Numbered from the stretch's first letter, positions 39,923 through 50,023 are shown. The stretch: 64,000 bases of DNA from Fluviicola sp. (GCA_039810825.1 JBDHXR010000001.1:10486-74485); one strand, 5' to 3'. Numbers and translations are program-made. The notes: generated by a model from the letters alone, not told the origin.

Positions 39923-41155
39923 TTAGGATAGCATTGAAATGCTTTTTTCTACTGCTTCAACAAATTTGTCAACTTCTTCTCTTGTATTGTAAAAGGCAAA
40001 TGATGCCCGCACAGTGCCTGGAATTTGATAAAAATCCATCAAGGGTTGTGTGCAATGGTGACCTGTTCTTACTGCAATCCCTTGTTTATCCAGCAATGTG
40101 CCCAAATCAAACGGATGAATGTTGTGTGCATGAAACGAAACTACAGAAGCTTTGTTTTTCGCCGTACCAATAATCGAAATATTTTCAAAAGTACTTAATA
40201 AATCCTGCGCATAATCAGTAAGTTCATGTTCATACGCTTCAATATCTTTCATGTCGAATTGACTTACATATTCCAATGCTTTTCCTAAACAAATTGCTCC
40301 TGAAATATGTGGAGTGCCAGCTTCAAATTTAAAAGGCAACTCATTGAAGGTTGTTTTTTTGAAGGTGACTTTTTCAATCATGTCTCCGCCTCCTTGATAG
40401 GGCGGCATTGCTTCTAACAAGGCTTCTTTACCGTACAGTATCCCAATTCCCGTTGGTCCGAATACTTTGTGACCAGAGAAGGCAAAAAAATCACAATTTA
40501 ATACTTGAACATCCACCTTTAAATGCTGAATACTTTGCGCTCCATCAATCATAACTTTTGCCCCTACAGCATGTGCCAACGTTATGATTTCTTCTATAGG
40601 ATTTATTGTGCCCAAGGTGTTTGAAACATGTGTAACTGAAACCAATTTCGTTTTTGATGATAACAAGTTTTTATATGCATCAAGATCAAGTTCACCCCTT
40701 TTGTTGATAGGTATCACTTTCAATTCCAATCCTTTTCTTTCTGCTAACATTTGCCATGGAACGATGTTTGAATGATGCTCCATAGTTGATATGATAATTT
40801 CATCACCTTTTTGCAACAGTTCTCCAAAAGAAAATGCTACCAAGTTTATACTATCTGTGGTTCCTTTTGTGAAAATAATTTCTTCTTTCTTTTCTGCATT
40901 GATGAACTCACGAACTTCTTCACGTGCATATTCGTAGTCATTGGTTGCTTGCTGACTTAAAAAGTGAACACCTCTGTGAATGTTTGCATTGCTCTTTGCA
41001 TAATAGGTATTGATTGCATCAATTACCATTTGAGGTTTTTGTGAGGTAGCTCCGTTGTCAAAATAAATCAAATTTTTATTATAGACTTGTTGGTGCAATG
41101 AAGGAAAATCTTGTCTTATTTCTCTGACGCTAAATTTTCTAAAAGAAGGTTCCAT
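39923..41155 (-). CDS. sufS: Cysteine desulfurase SufS
   Basis: YFDNGATSQKP, NIHRGVH, EHHSNIVPW, FSGHKVFGPTG (PLP lysine), VRTGHHC. Confidence 0.95.
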   Translation of the reverse strand: MEPSFRKFSVREIRQDFPSLHQQVYNKNLIYFDNGATSQKPQMVIDAINTYYAKSNANIHRGVHFLSQQATNDYEYAREEVREFINAEKKEEIIFTKGTTDSINLVAFSFGELLQKGDEIIISTMEHHSNIVPWQMLAERKGLELKVIPINKRGELDLDAYKNLLSSKTKLVSVTHVSNTLGTINPIEEIITLAHAVGAKVMIDGAQSIQHLKVDVQVLNCDFFAFSGHKVFGPTGIGILYGKEALLEAMPPYQGGGDMIEKVTFKKTTFNELPFKFEAGTPHISGAICLGKALEYVSQFDMKDIEAYEHELTDYAQDLLSTFENISIIGTAKNKASVVSFHAHNIHPFDLGTLLDKQGIAVRTGHHCTQPLMDFYQIPGTVRASFAFYNTREEVDKFVEAVEKSISMLS

Positions 41156-41220
41156 TTCACAAAATTACAAAATGCTATTTATATTATTTCTAAATAGTAC
41201 TAAAATCTTGTGATATTAAC

Positions 41221-41255
41221 AAAAAAAACCCCCAATTATTTTTTGTAATTGGGGG
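41221..41255 (-). terminator. Strong intrinsic terminator
   Basis: 10-bp stem CCCCCAATTA (41229-41238) / TAATTGGGGG (41246-41255), followed by 8 U on the minus strand. Confidence 0.9.
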
Positions 41256-41478
41256 AGTTGCTACCACACGTACTTTTTTCTATCAGTCTGTACATGTTTT
41301 TTACCTAACTGAAACCTAAACTAACTTAAACTGTTACCTAACTAATAGTGTTATGTGACTGATAGAGTATTTGCTACGGTGAATGAGGAATATGGAAAGA
41401 CCCAAAATCCAGATTCTACACATTCACCAAGCACAATTTTTTTCCATGTTTTATGAAACGTTTTTCATTCATGGATGT
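41221..41478 (-). ncRNA. Candidate structured sigma54-dependent small RNA with AGUUAG repeats
   Basis: Four adjacent stems: 41443-41475, 41372-41433, 41280-41288 paired with 41357-41365, and the terminator; three CTAACT copies inside the third loop; no ORF longer than 18 aa found on the minus strand; promoter-like motif just upstream. Confidence 0.6.
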
Positions 41479-41486
41479 GTTTTCAT

Positions 41487-41505
41487 CTATAAACAATGTG
41501 CCAAA
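41487..41505 (-). promoter_or_regulatory. Putative sigma54 (-24/-12) promoter
   Basis: Minus strand TTTGGCAC-ATTGT-TTATAG; -24 box perfect, -12 box is TTAT instead of TTGC. Confidence 0.5.
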
Positions 41506-41567
41506 AGTTGTTTTTACATTAAATGCCTGAAATACAAGGGGGTTGATTTAGATAGTCAGTGATGATT

Positions 41568-41602
41568 TTTTCAAAATGAAAATAATTTTTTCAAAATGAA
41601 AA
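41568..41602. promoter_or_regulatory. Two tandem palindromes TTTTCA-N3-TGAAAA (putative enhancer sites)
   Basis: Identical 15-mers at 41568-41582 and 41588-41602, 20-bp period, immediately after the activator's stop codon. Confidence 0.65.
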
Positions 41603-41603
41603 A

Positions 41604-42956
41604 TTAATCCAATTCTTTCAACATTCTGTAGATGGTAGTTTGCCCAATATCAAGCTTATCGGCTACCAATTTTATGTTATCGTCGTATTTTTCTAAGAAG
41701 AGTTGAACGATTTTCAGATTGTAGGCACGTAAGCTCATTTCCTCAGTTAGTATTGAGGCAAGCATATTTGACGAACCCAATACAATGTCTTCATCTTGAA
41801 TTACATCATCGCTTGAGAGTACTACAGCAAGTTCAATAACCGATTTAAGTTCGCGGACATTGCCCGGCCAATGGTAAGCCATTAATTTGTTTTGAGCGGA
41901 TGCACTTATTTTCTTTTGTGTTATTCCATTTTCATTACAATAGCGTTCACTAAATACAGTACTTAACAAAAGGATGTCCCGATCACGCTCTCTAAGCGGT
42001 GGAAGTTCAATAGGAAGACCAAATAAGCGAAAGTATAAATCTTCCCTAAATTTTCCTGCCTTTACTTCTTGCAATAAATTTCGATGGGTCGCAACGATGA
42101 TTCGGCAATTGAATTTGTACACAATGTTGCTGCCAATTCTAGATGCTTCTCGTTCTTGAATTGCACGGAGTAATTTTGCTTGAAGATGGATATCCAATTC
42201 TGCAATTTCATCTAAAAATAATGTGCCACCATTGGCTTCTTCAAACTTGCCCTTTCTAAGTTGATTTGCTCCAGTAAACGCCCCTTTTTCATGGCCAAAC
42301 AATTCGCTTTCAAACAATTCGTTTGGTATAGCAGCAACATTTACGGCTACAAATGGTTTATCTTTGAAAGTTGAATTGTAATGAATTGCTTTGGCAACAA
42401 CCTCTTTACCGGTGCCTGTTTCACCATAAATTGTTACCGTTATATTGTTGGTAATAGCTTTTTGTAATATTTTGTACACATGTTCCATCTTAGAGCTTTT
42501 CCCAATGATGGTAGAATTGAAGTTGAATTTTGTGCGTACTTCTTGCTCTAACTTTTCAATTTTTTCAATCAATTGAAATTGCTTACCTGCATTTGCAATG
42601 GTATTTAACAAGCGGTTTCTGATATCATTCCCCTTAACGATGTAATCGTATGCTCCAAGTTTTAATAAAGTAACGGCTGTTTCAATATCTTCTTGCTCAG
42701 AAATGATGATGATGATGGTATTTGGGTGATTTTGCTTGATTTTCTGAAGCAATTCTTCCCCTTCAATACCAGGTAACCGATAATCCATGGTTATGGCAAA
42801 AGGAGAGTCTTCTTTAATTGAGCTAAGCATACTTTCACCATCAGAAAATGATTCAACATCATAATCCGGATTTAGAGACAGCAAGTGGACCAATAGCTTT
42901 CTATACCACTCATTGTCTTCAACAACTACAATTTTATTTCCTTTATTTTGTGTCAT
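41604..42956 (-). CDS. NtrC-family sigma54-dependent response regulator (REC-AAA+-HTH)
   Basis: VVEDN receiver, MDYRLP, GETGTGKE, ELFGHEKGAFTGA, LFLDEI, WPGNVREL, Fis-type HTH; start set at MTQNK (42956). Confidence 0.95.
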   Translation of the reverse strand: MTQNKGNKIVVVEDNEWYRKLLVHLLSLNPDYDVESFSDGESMLSSIKEDSPFAITMDYRLPGIEGEELLQKIKQNHPNTIIIIISEQEDIETAVTLLKLGAYDYIVKGNDIRNRLLNTIANAGKQFQLIEKIEKLEQEVRTKFNFNSTIIGKSSKMEHVYKILQKAITNNITVTIYGETGTGKEVVAKAIHYNSTFKDKPFVAVNVAAIPNELFESELFGHEKGAFTGANQLRKGKFEEANGGTLFLDEIAELDIHLQAKLLRAIQEREASRIGSNIVYKFNCRIIVATHRNLLQEVKAGKFREDLYFRLFGLPIELPPLRERDRDILLLSTVFSERYCNENGITQKKISASAQNKLMAYHWPGNVRELKSVIELAVVLSSDDVIQDEDIVLGSSNMLASILTEEMSLRAYNLKIVQLFLEKYDDNIKLVADKLDIGQTTIYRMLKELD

Positions 42957-43302
42957 TTGATATGTAATTTTGTACTTGCACAAGGCAATTATCTATGTGT
43001 GGTATGAGCTCAGTATATTTTGATTTTCGTTCATATCCTTGTGTTGTTTCTGGCATATTTTCTATTTCTTTAATAGCTTTATAAGCATTGTTTCCACCAA
43101 TCTGCATAATTGCTGGAGCTATTTGGTGGGCAATACTTTGTATTTGTTTCCAATCATCTTTTGCTTCTGCTTCTTTGAGTTGAGTCAGTGCATCTTGTGT
43201 TGTGGAGATAAATGTTTCAAGCAGTTCCATCAGAAAATCCTTATCGTTTCCAATGAGTTGAAGCAGATTGATTAAGTCAATTTTATCAAGAGAGTTTTGC
43301 AT
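42943..43302 (-). CDS. Stand-alone Hpt phosphotransfer protein
   Basis: IDLINL..GNDKDFLMELLETF, DWKQIQSIAHQI helical bundle with conserved His; lies between the kinase and the regulator. Confidence 0.82.
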   Translation of the reverse strand: MQNSLDKIDLINLLQLIGNDKDFLMELLETFISTTQDALTQLKEAEAKDDWKQIQSIAHQIAPAIMQIGGNNAYKAIKEIENMPETTQGYERKSKYTELIPHIDNCLVQVQNYISNDTK

Positions 43303-43303
43303 C

Positions 43304-45385
43304 TTACATTCCTATATTTTCAATTTTTTCTTTCAGAATTTGGGGTTGTATAGGTTTAAGCAACACATCTGTCCAACCACGTGAAATCATTTCTTGATAA
43401 ACTTGTTCATCTCCTGCAGCAGTTAACCCAATAATGGGTTGCGCTTTCAATTTATCCAATTGTTTTAGTTTCTCAATAAATTCTTCGCCATTCATTTCTG
43501 GCATTTGAACATCCAATAGTATCAAATCTACTGAATTGATGTTTAATAATGCTAACGCTTCAATACCGTTTGATGCTTCGTGAATTTTCACATTTACTTT
43601 TTTAAACATTCCCTTCAAAAGCATTCTATTAAACGGTTCATCATCTACAATAAGGATAGATTTTTCGGATAATATTGAGAAATCAACACTTGATGTGGTT
43701 TTGGATTCAGACTTATCGGTTGATTTTTTCATAGGAATGGTAATTTCAAAGCATGTTCCTACGCCAAGTTCACTTTGTACAGTTATTTGTCCACCCATTT
43801 TTTGGACGATTTTTTGTGTGATGCTTAACCCTAAACCTGTGCCGCCATATTTTCGTGAAGTTGACGTTTCTGCTTGTTCAAACGGCTCAAATATATGCGC
43901 TAGTTGTTGCTTTGTCATGCCTATTCCTTTATCCTTCACTAGAATAGTACAAATTCCCGCATTTTCTCCATTGAGCTCATACTTTAACCCAACTTCGATG
44001 CAGCTTTCTTTTGTGAATTTATTGGCATTCCCAATTAAGTTTATTAGAATTTGTTTAAACCTCAGTTCGTCGCCAATAAGTGTTGGGAACATTTTAGGTT
44101 CACAATCTACAAGAATTGTATTTTTTTGTTCTTCTGTAGCAAGCGAAAATTGCTGAACAACTAAATTTACAGCTTTAAAAGGATTAAACGGGCTTTCTTC
44201 CAATTTGATGTTGTTTTCTTCTAATTTTGATAAGTCAAGAATGTCATTAACAATTAGCAGTAAGTGTTTTGCCGAGTCATTGATAATAGATGCTTTTTTG
44301 CTAGTTTCAAGCGATAGTTTTTCATGTGTTAATTGTTCAGAAAAGCCAGATATTGCGTTGAGTGGTGTGCGTATTTCATGACTCATTGTGGCTAAGAAAC
44401 GAGATTTTGCTTCTGTAAGTGCATCGCTTTTTTCTTTAGCAAGTTTCAATGAGTAGTTGCTTTCTTTGGCTCGTCTAAAAAGGTAAACGATGAGTATTAC
44501 AATGAATCCAATCAACACTGCAGAAATGGCACTAAAAGTAAGTGTGATGGTGTTTGTTTTCGCGGCAATGGTCTTGGCTTTTTGAGTTTTGTTCACGAGT
44601 TGGGTTCTATCTAAGCTTGCAATTTGCTGAAAAAGAGAATCTATTTCTTTGCTTAGTTGAACGTTACTTTGTTCTATAATTAGTTTTGATTTATTGATAT
44701 TGCTTTCTTTTTCTACTGCTTGTGTTTTAACAAGACCAATTTTTTTCTTTAAATCTTTGGTGTTTTGAGTTGCTATTCTTTCTGTTGCTATTTGCTCGCT
44801 CTTACTCTTCAGTTGGATATCTTCGTTTTCTTTTTTTCGATCTTTTCTTGATTTTCGGGAAGGTTTATCGGCATCTACTGAGTTGTTTTGATTAGCAGCA
44901 GCTTTTCTGATTTCCAACTCAAGCTGAGTGCGTTGGTCGTTTTTTATTACTTCTTTCTCAACCAATTGCATGGTTTCATTAACGCGAGTTTCATTTCGCA
45001 TTAGCATCAATTTAAATTGGTTGTCAAATTTTTTTGAGCTTAGGTCTCTGATTTCCGAAATGGTCTGCTGATAATCATTGTTCTTTTTTTGATAATTTTT
45101 CAAGTAACCAATTTGCCGCAATGTTTTGGATTGTAATATTTCGAAATCCAGCATCGCTTCGTTGTGATTTTGATAGATGTATGTATAGATCAAATTTTCA
45201 GACTTCAATAAGTTTAAATTTATTTCTTGAATCAAAACTTGACTGTTTTTTTCTTCTTCTGTAGGCAATGGAGTGTTGGCTACTTGATCTAACCGTGTAA
45301 ATACAGCGTATCCTGTGGTGCAAACTACAATTAAGAGCAACGCAATCACGCCAAACAATATGCGCTCAAATATTTTTTTTTTCAT
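43304..45385 (-). CDS. Hybrid sensor histidine kinase (two TM helices, HisKA, HATPase, REC)
   Basis: FLATMSHEIRTPLN, NLIGNANKFT, DKGIGM, GGTGLGL, IVDDEPFN..LLDVQMP; start set at MKKKIF (45385). Confidence 0.93.
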   Translation of the reverse strand: MKKKIFERILFGVIALLLIVVCTTGYAVFTRLDQVANTPLPTEEEKNSQVLIQEINLNLLKSENLIYTYIYQNHNEAMLDFEILQSKTLRQIGYLKNYQKKNNDYQQTISEIRDLSSKKFDNQFKLMLMRNETRVNETMQLVEKEVIKNDQRTQLELEIRKAAANQNNSVDADKPSRKSRKDRKKENEDIQLKSKSEQIATERIATQNTKDLKKKIGLVKTQAVEKESNINKSKLIIEQSNVQLSKEIDSLFQQIASLDRTQLVNKTQKAKTIAAKTNTITLTFSAISAVLIGFIVILIVYLFRRAKESNYSLKLAKEKSDALTEAKSRFLATMSHEIRTPLNAISGFSEQLTHEKLSLETSKKASIINDSAKHLLLIVNDILDLSKLEENNIKLEESPFNPFKAVNLVVQQFSLATEEQKNTILVDCEPKMFPTLIGDELRFKQILINLIGNANKFTKESCIEVGLKYELNGENAGICTILVKDKGIGMTKQQLAHIFEPFEQAETSTSRKYGGTGLGLSITQKIVQKMGGQITVQSELGVGTCFEITIPMKKSTDKSESKTTSSVDFSILSEKSILIVDDEPFNRMLLKGMFKKVNVKIHEASNGIEALALLNINSVDLILLDVQMPEMNGEEFIEKLKQLDKLKAQPIIGLTAAGDEQVYQEMISRGWTDVLLKPIQPQILKEKIENIGM

Positions 45386-45617
45386 TTTGGCAACAGTTTT
45401 CAAATTGAAAATTAATCTTTTATTCCTTTGTTTCTATTAAAATTGAAAATATTTTTTTTTAGACATTTACTCTGGCTTTACTTTAGAAAGGTGCAATCTG
45501 AAATTTTTAAGAAAAAAACTACTGTATTTCAATTCGTTTTTCATGAAAAAAAATTAACTTTCCCCCTTTTTATTATTACGACATAATATTTTTTTAATAT
45601 CACTAGCAAAAGGAAAT

Positions 45618-47168
45618 ATGAAAGTAGGTATTCCGGTTGAAATTTCGAAAAATGAATTGCGTGTTGCTGCCACACCAAAAACGGTGCAACGACTTCAAAA
45701 ACAAGGGTTTCAAGTTTTTATTCAAGATGGTGCTGGCAATAAAGCCAATTATTCTAACGAAGCATTTAAAGAAGCAGGCGCTACCATTGTATCTTCGGCA
45801 AATGAAATCTATGGCCAGTCTGATATCGTTTTAAAAGTGCTTCAGCCGACTGCTGAAGAGGTAGAAATGATGCGTGAAGGCTTGGTACTATTGAGTTATT
45901 TATGGCCTGCCCAAAATCAAGAGTTGCTTCAAAAATTGGCAAATCAAAAGGTAAATGCTATTGCAATGGATGCGATTCCGCGTATTTCACGTGCTCAAAA
46001 GATGGATGTGCTTTCATCAATGGCAAACATTGCTGGCTATCGTTCTGTGGTTGAAGGGGCTTACCATTTTGGAAGATTTTTAAATGGTCAAATTACAGCA
46101 GCAGGAAAAGTAGAGCCTGCAAAAGTGCTTGTGATTGGTGCAGGGGTAGCAGGATTAGCTGCAATTGGCGCTGCAAATTCATTGGGTGCTATTGTACGCG
46201 CTTTTGACACACGTAAAGAAGTAGCCGAGCAAATTGAGTCTATGGGAGCGAAGTTTCTAACTGTAGAAATTGATGAGGATGGTGCAACTTCTTCAGGGTA
46301 TTCAAAGGAAATGAGTAAGGAATTTATTGAAGCTGAAATGCAATTGTTCTTAGAACAAGCAAAAGATGTGGATATCATCATCACCACTGCGAAAATTCCT
46401 GGTCGCGAAGCGCCTAAGTTAATATTGGATTACCACGTAGAGGCTATGAAACCAGGGTCTGTAATTGTTGACTTGGCTGCTGATTCTGGTGGTAACTGTA
46501 CGCAAACCAAAGATGGTGAAGTAATTGTAACTAAAAACGGAGTAAAGATTGTTGGTAAATTGGATCAGTTGCCAACTCAAGCTTCTCAACTATACGGAAA
46601 CAACTTATGTCACTTGTTAGATGACATGGGAAAGGCAGAAAACTTCAAAATTGATATGGAGGATGCAGTAGTTTCTAGAGCTATGGTTACCCATGATGGG
46701 AAAATAAATTGGCCACCTGAACCTTTGCCGGTTAGCCCACAAAAACCAAAAGCAGAGGTTGTGCAAATTTCTGCCGAGGAGCAGCGTGCTATTGATGCCA
46801 AAAAGGTAAAAAACAAAACCATTTCTTTGCTGATTCAGTTGGGAGTAGTAGGTGCGCTGTTATTTCTTATGGGGCAATTTGCTCCGAGTGAGTTTATGCA
46901 ACACTTTACTGTATTTGTATTGGCTGTGTTTGTTGGATGGCAAGTGATTTGGAATGTGAGTCACTCACTTCACACTCCGTTAATGGCAGTTACCAATGCG
47001 ATTAGTGGAATTATTGTAGTTGGAGGATTGTTGCAGGTCTTAAAGCCAACAAGTGATTGGACAGACCCTCTAACAATAGTTGCTTTTATTGCAATATTAG
47101 TGGCTTCAATTAATATCGTTGGTGGGTTCTTTGTAACGCATCGCATGTTGAAAATGTTTAAAAAGTAA
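45618..47168 (+). CDS. pntA: NAD(P) transhydrogenase alpha subunit
   Basis: [41 protein letters not shown]. Confidence 0.96.
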   Translation: MKVGIPVEISKNELRVAATPKTVQRLQKQGFQVFIQDGAGNKANYSNEAFKEAGATIVSSANEIYGQSDIVLKVLQPTAEEVEMMREGLVLLSYLWPAQNQELLQKLANQKVNAIAMDAIPRISRAQKMDVLSSMANIAGYRSVVEGAYHFGRFLNGQITAAGKVEPAKVLVIGAGVAGLAAIGAANSLGAIVRAFDTRKEVAEQIESMGAKFLTVEIDEDGATSSGYSKEMSKEFIEAEMQLFLEQAKDVDIIITTAKIPGREAPKLILDYHVEAMKPGSVIVDLAADSGGNCTQTKDGEVIVTKNGVKIVGKLDQLPTQASQLYGNNLCHLLDDMGKAENFKIDMEDAVVSRAMVTHDGKINWPPEPLPVSPQKPKAEVVQISAEEQRAIDAKKVKNKTISLLIQLGVVGALLFLMGQFAPSEFMQHFTVFVLAVFVGWQVIWNVSHSLHTPLMAVTNAISGIIVVGGLLQVLKPTSDWTDPLTIVAFIAILVASINIVGGFFVTHRMLKMFKK

Positions 47169-47179
47169 GTTCGAGATAT

Positions 47180-48583
47180 ATGAGTATAGGAATTCAAACA
47201 GCAGCGTATTTATTTGCAAGTATCTTGTTTATTTTAAGTTTGGGAGGGTTGTCTTCTCAAGAATCTGCAAAAAGAGGGGTTCTTTTTGGAATCGTAGGAA
47301 TGATTATTGCTGTATTAGCAACAATATTTGGTGTGTCTGATGGCTCAAGCGGTTATGTTTACATCATCATAGCAATTGCAGTAGCTTCTCTGATTGGAAT
47401 CATGGTAGCCCGAAAGGTAGAAATGACATCAATGCCTCAATTGGTAGCAATCCTTCATAGTTTCGTGGGGTTAGCTGCTGTTTTAGTAGGTTACGGTTCG
47501 TACATTGATCCTCACAGTCATGAGTTGGTAGGTGCTACTAAAACTATCCATTTGGTAGAGGTTTTTGCAGGAGTGTTTATTGGTGCAGTTACTTTTACTG
47601 GGTCAATTATTGCTTGGGGCAAATTAGATGGAAAAGTAAGAAGCAAACCTTTTCTGTATCCGGGTAGACATCTTGTAAATATTACATTGCTTGTCATTTC
47701 AATTGTATTGGGAGTATTTTTTGCTAAAGCATCTGGTACAGACGGACTGATTTACCTGTATATCATGACTGCTATTGCGTCGTTTATTGGGGTGATGTTG
47801 GTTATGGCTATTGGTGGTGCAGACATGCCTGTTGTAGTATCTATGTTAAACTCGTATTCTGGTTGGGCAGCAGCAGCAGCAGGTTTTATGTTGAGTAATG
47901 ATTTGTTGATTGTTACAGGTGCACTAGTTGGTAGTTCGGGGGCAATCCTTTCCATCATCATGTGTGAGGCAATGAATCGCTCATTTATCTCTGTAATTTT
48001 TGGTGGTTTTGGGAATGCACCTGCAAGCAGTGGAGAAGCACAAGCAATTGAAGGTGAAATCACTTCAATCTCACATGAAGAAACTGCTGAATTGCTTACA
48101 GAAGCTAAATCAATTGTGATTGTGCCTGGATATGGAATGGCAGTTGCGAAAGCACAATATCCTATTCATGAAATGGTTGAAATTCTTCGTAAACAAGGAA
48201 AAGAAGTTCGTTTTGCTATTCACCCTGTTGCTGGTCGTTTACCTGGTCACATGAACGTGTTACTAGCTGAAGCCAATGTTCCTTACGACATTGTATTGGA
48301 AATGGACGAAATTAACGACGACATGCCGGATACGGATGTAGTGATGGTAATTGGCGCTAATGATGTGGTAAATCCCGGAGCTTTGGATGATCCTTCTAGT
48401 CCTATTTATGGAATGCCTGTAATCAAAGCTTGGGAAGCAGCAAAAGTAATCGTAATGAAGCGTTCAATGTCTGTTGGGTATGCAGGAGTAGAAAATCCAC
48501 TTTTCTACAAAAACAACACCGATATGCTTTATGGCGATGCGAAAGAAAGTGTGAACAAAATTGTTTCAAGCTTAAAAGATTAA
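47180..48583 (+). CDS. pntB: NAD(P) transhydrogenase beta subunit
   Basis: [52 protein letters not shown]. Confidence 0.96.
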   Translation: MSIGIQTAAYLFASILFILSLGGLSSQESAKRGVLFGIVGMIIAVLATIFGVSDGSSGYVYIIIAIAVASLIGIMVARKVEMTSMPQLVAILHSFVGLAAVLVGYGSYIDPHSHELVGATKTIHLVEVFAGVFIGAVTFTGSIIAWGKLDGKVRSKPFLYPGRHLVNITLLVISIVLGVFFAKASGTDGLIYLYIMTAIASFIGVMLVMAIGGADMPVVVSMLNSYSGWAAAAAGFMLSNDLLIVTGALVGSSGAILSIIMCEAMNRSFISVIFGGFGNAPASSGEAQAIEGEITSISHEETAELLTEAKSIVIVPGYGMAVAKAQYPIHEMVEILRKQGKEVRFAIHPVAGRLPGHMNVLLAEANVPYDIVLEMDEINDDMPDTDVVMVIGANDVVNPGALDDPSSPIYGMPVIKAWEAAKVIVMKRSMSVGYAGVENPLFYKNNTDMLYGDAKESVNKIVSSLKD

Positions 48584-48599
48584 TAGAGATGTATTGATG

Positions 48600-48631
48600 A
48601 AAGTGGCTGTTTCTGATAGCCACTTTTTTTT
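48600..48631 (+). terminator. Intrinsic terminator of pntAB
   Basis: AAAGTGGCT..AGCCACTTT stem followed by a T tract. Confidence 0.85.
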
Positions 48632-48676
48632 GTAATTAGCCCCACAGTTTAACTGTTGTATTAAACCTGCAAATAG

Positions 48677-49903
48677 ATGAACGAGCCAAAAAAACGTGTT
48701 TTATATATTTCGTATGACGGAATGACAGATCCATTGGGTCAGTCACAAATATTACCATACATCATTGGCTTGTCAGACTCCTATTCTTTTCAGCTTATAA
48801 GTTTTGAGAAACACGATCGACTTTTAAAGCATAAAGAAACGATTGAAGCAATATGTGAATCAAATAATATTGAATGGCATCCCTTAATATATACCAAAAA
48901 CCCACCTGTTCTTTCAACACTCATCGATGTAATAAAATTATTTAAGCATACCAAAAAGCTCTATAAAGCAAACAAGTTTTCAATTGTTCATTGCCGCAGT
49001 TACATTAGTGCGCTTGTTGGGTTGGCCTATAAGAAAAAGAACAAAGCACAATTTATTTTTGATATGCGTGGGTTTTGGGCAGACGAGCGTGTAGATGGCA
49101 AATTGTGGAACTTAAAAAATCCGATATATTACTGGATTTTCAAATTTTTTAAAAGAAAAGAAGTAGATTTTCTTATACATGCAGATGCAGTGGTTGCGCT
49201 AACTCAAAAAGCAAAAGATGAAATGCTTACATGGGGAATCAAAGCGTTGCAAGCCAATAAAATTACGGTAATCCCCTGTGTTACTGATTTCTCACTGTTT
49301 GACAGTGTAACAGAAGAAAAAAGAAGACTTGCAAAATTGAAATTTAACTTACGTGAAAATCAATTTGTATTGCTTTATTTAGGTTCAATTGGCACATGGT
49401 ATCTGTTAGATGAAATGCTACATTTCTTTTCCTGCTTAAAGCAGATTAATCCGGATTCCAAGTTTCTTTTCTTAACAAATCATAGCGAAAATGACATTAA
49501 GCAACGGGCAGTAAAATACAATCTTGGTAAAGAAGATATATTGGTTCACTTCGCAAACAGGAATGAAATCACACACTATGCGCATGCTGCAGACTATGGA
49601 GTGTTTTTTATTAAGCCATCGTATTCAAAAATTGCCAGTTCTCCAACTAAAATGGGTGAAATGCTTGCAATGGGGATTCCGTTAATTTGTAACAGTGGTG
49701 TGGGGAATGTGGAAGAAATTGTGAAAGAAACAAATTGTGGATTTTGTGTTGCCGGATTTTCAGTAACCGACTACAATCAGGTTATTCAAAGCATGTATGA
49801 AAATAAGTTGGACCCAGCCTCTATTCGTTCAAAAGCAGCCGAATTTTTAGAACTAAGCAAAGGAATTTTTCTTTATAAGAAAATTTATGCACTTCTAGGC
49901 TGA
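48677..49903 (+). CDS. GT4-family glycosyltransferase
   Basis: VHCRSY, FDMRGFW, IPCVTD, YLGSIG, SSPTKMGEMLAMGIPLI. Confidence 0.88.
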   Translation: MNEPKKRVLYISYDGMTDPLGQSQILPYIIGLSDSYSFQLISFEKHDRLLKHKETIEAICESNNIEWHPLIYTKNPPVLSTLIDVIKLFKHTKKLYKANKFSIVHCRSYISALVGLAYKKKNKAQFIFDMRGFWADERVDGKLWNLKNPIYYWIFKFFKRKEVDFLIHADAVVALTQKAKDEMLTWGIKALQANKITVIPCVTDFSLFDSVTEEKRRLAKLKFNLRENQFVLLYLGSIGTWYLLDEMLHFFSCLKQINPDSKFLFLTNHSENDIKQRAVKYNLGKEDILVHFANRNEITHYAHAADYGVFFIKPSYSKIASSPTKMGEMLAMGIPLICNSGVGNVEEIVKETNCGFCVAGFSVTDYNQVIQSMYENKLDPASIRSKAAEFLELSKGIFLYKKIYALLG

Positions 49904-50023
49904 TTTTTTTCCCAAAAATAAAATCTACCCATTGATTTTCACGAACTTATGAATTAGCATAAAAAAACGGTAAACGAAGCACTAATTAAGTAGAATTCGG
50001 TAATTTCGTACTGAGTTTTGATT

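Noticed and set aside
41416-41472. 18-aa ORF (MNEKRFIKHGKKLCLVNV) as the product of the intergenic transcript
   Set aside because: Its ATG is buried in the first stem and it has no recognisable features. A dual-function RNA is not excluded without Ribo-seq.
45538-45549. TTTTCATGAAAA upstream of pntA as another activator site
   Set aside because: The half-sites match but the spacer is 0 instead of 3 bp, and I found no convincing sigma54 box before pntA.
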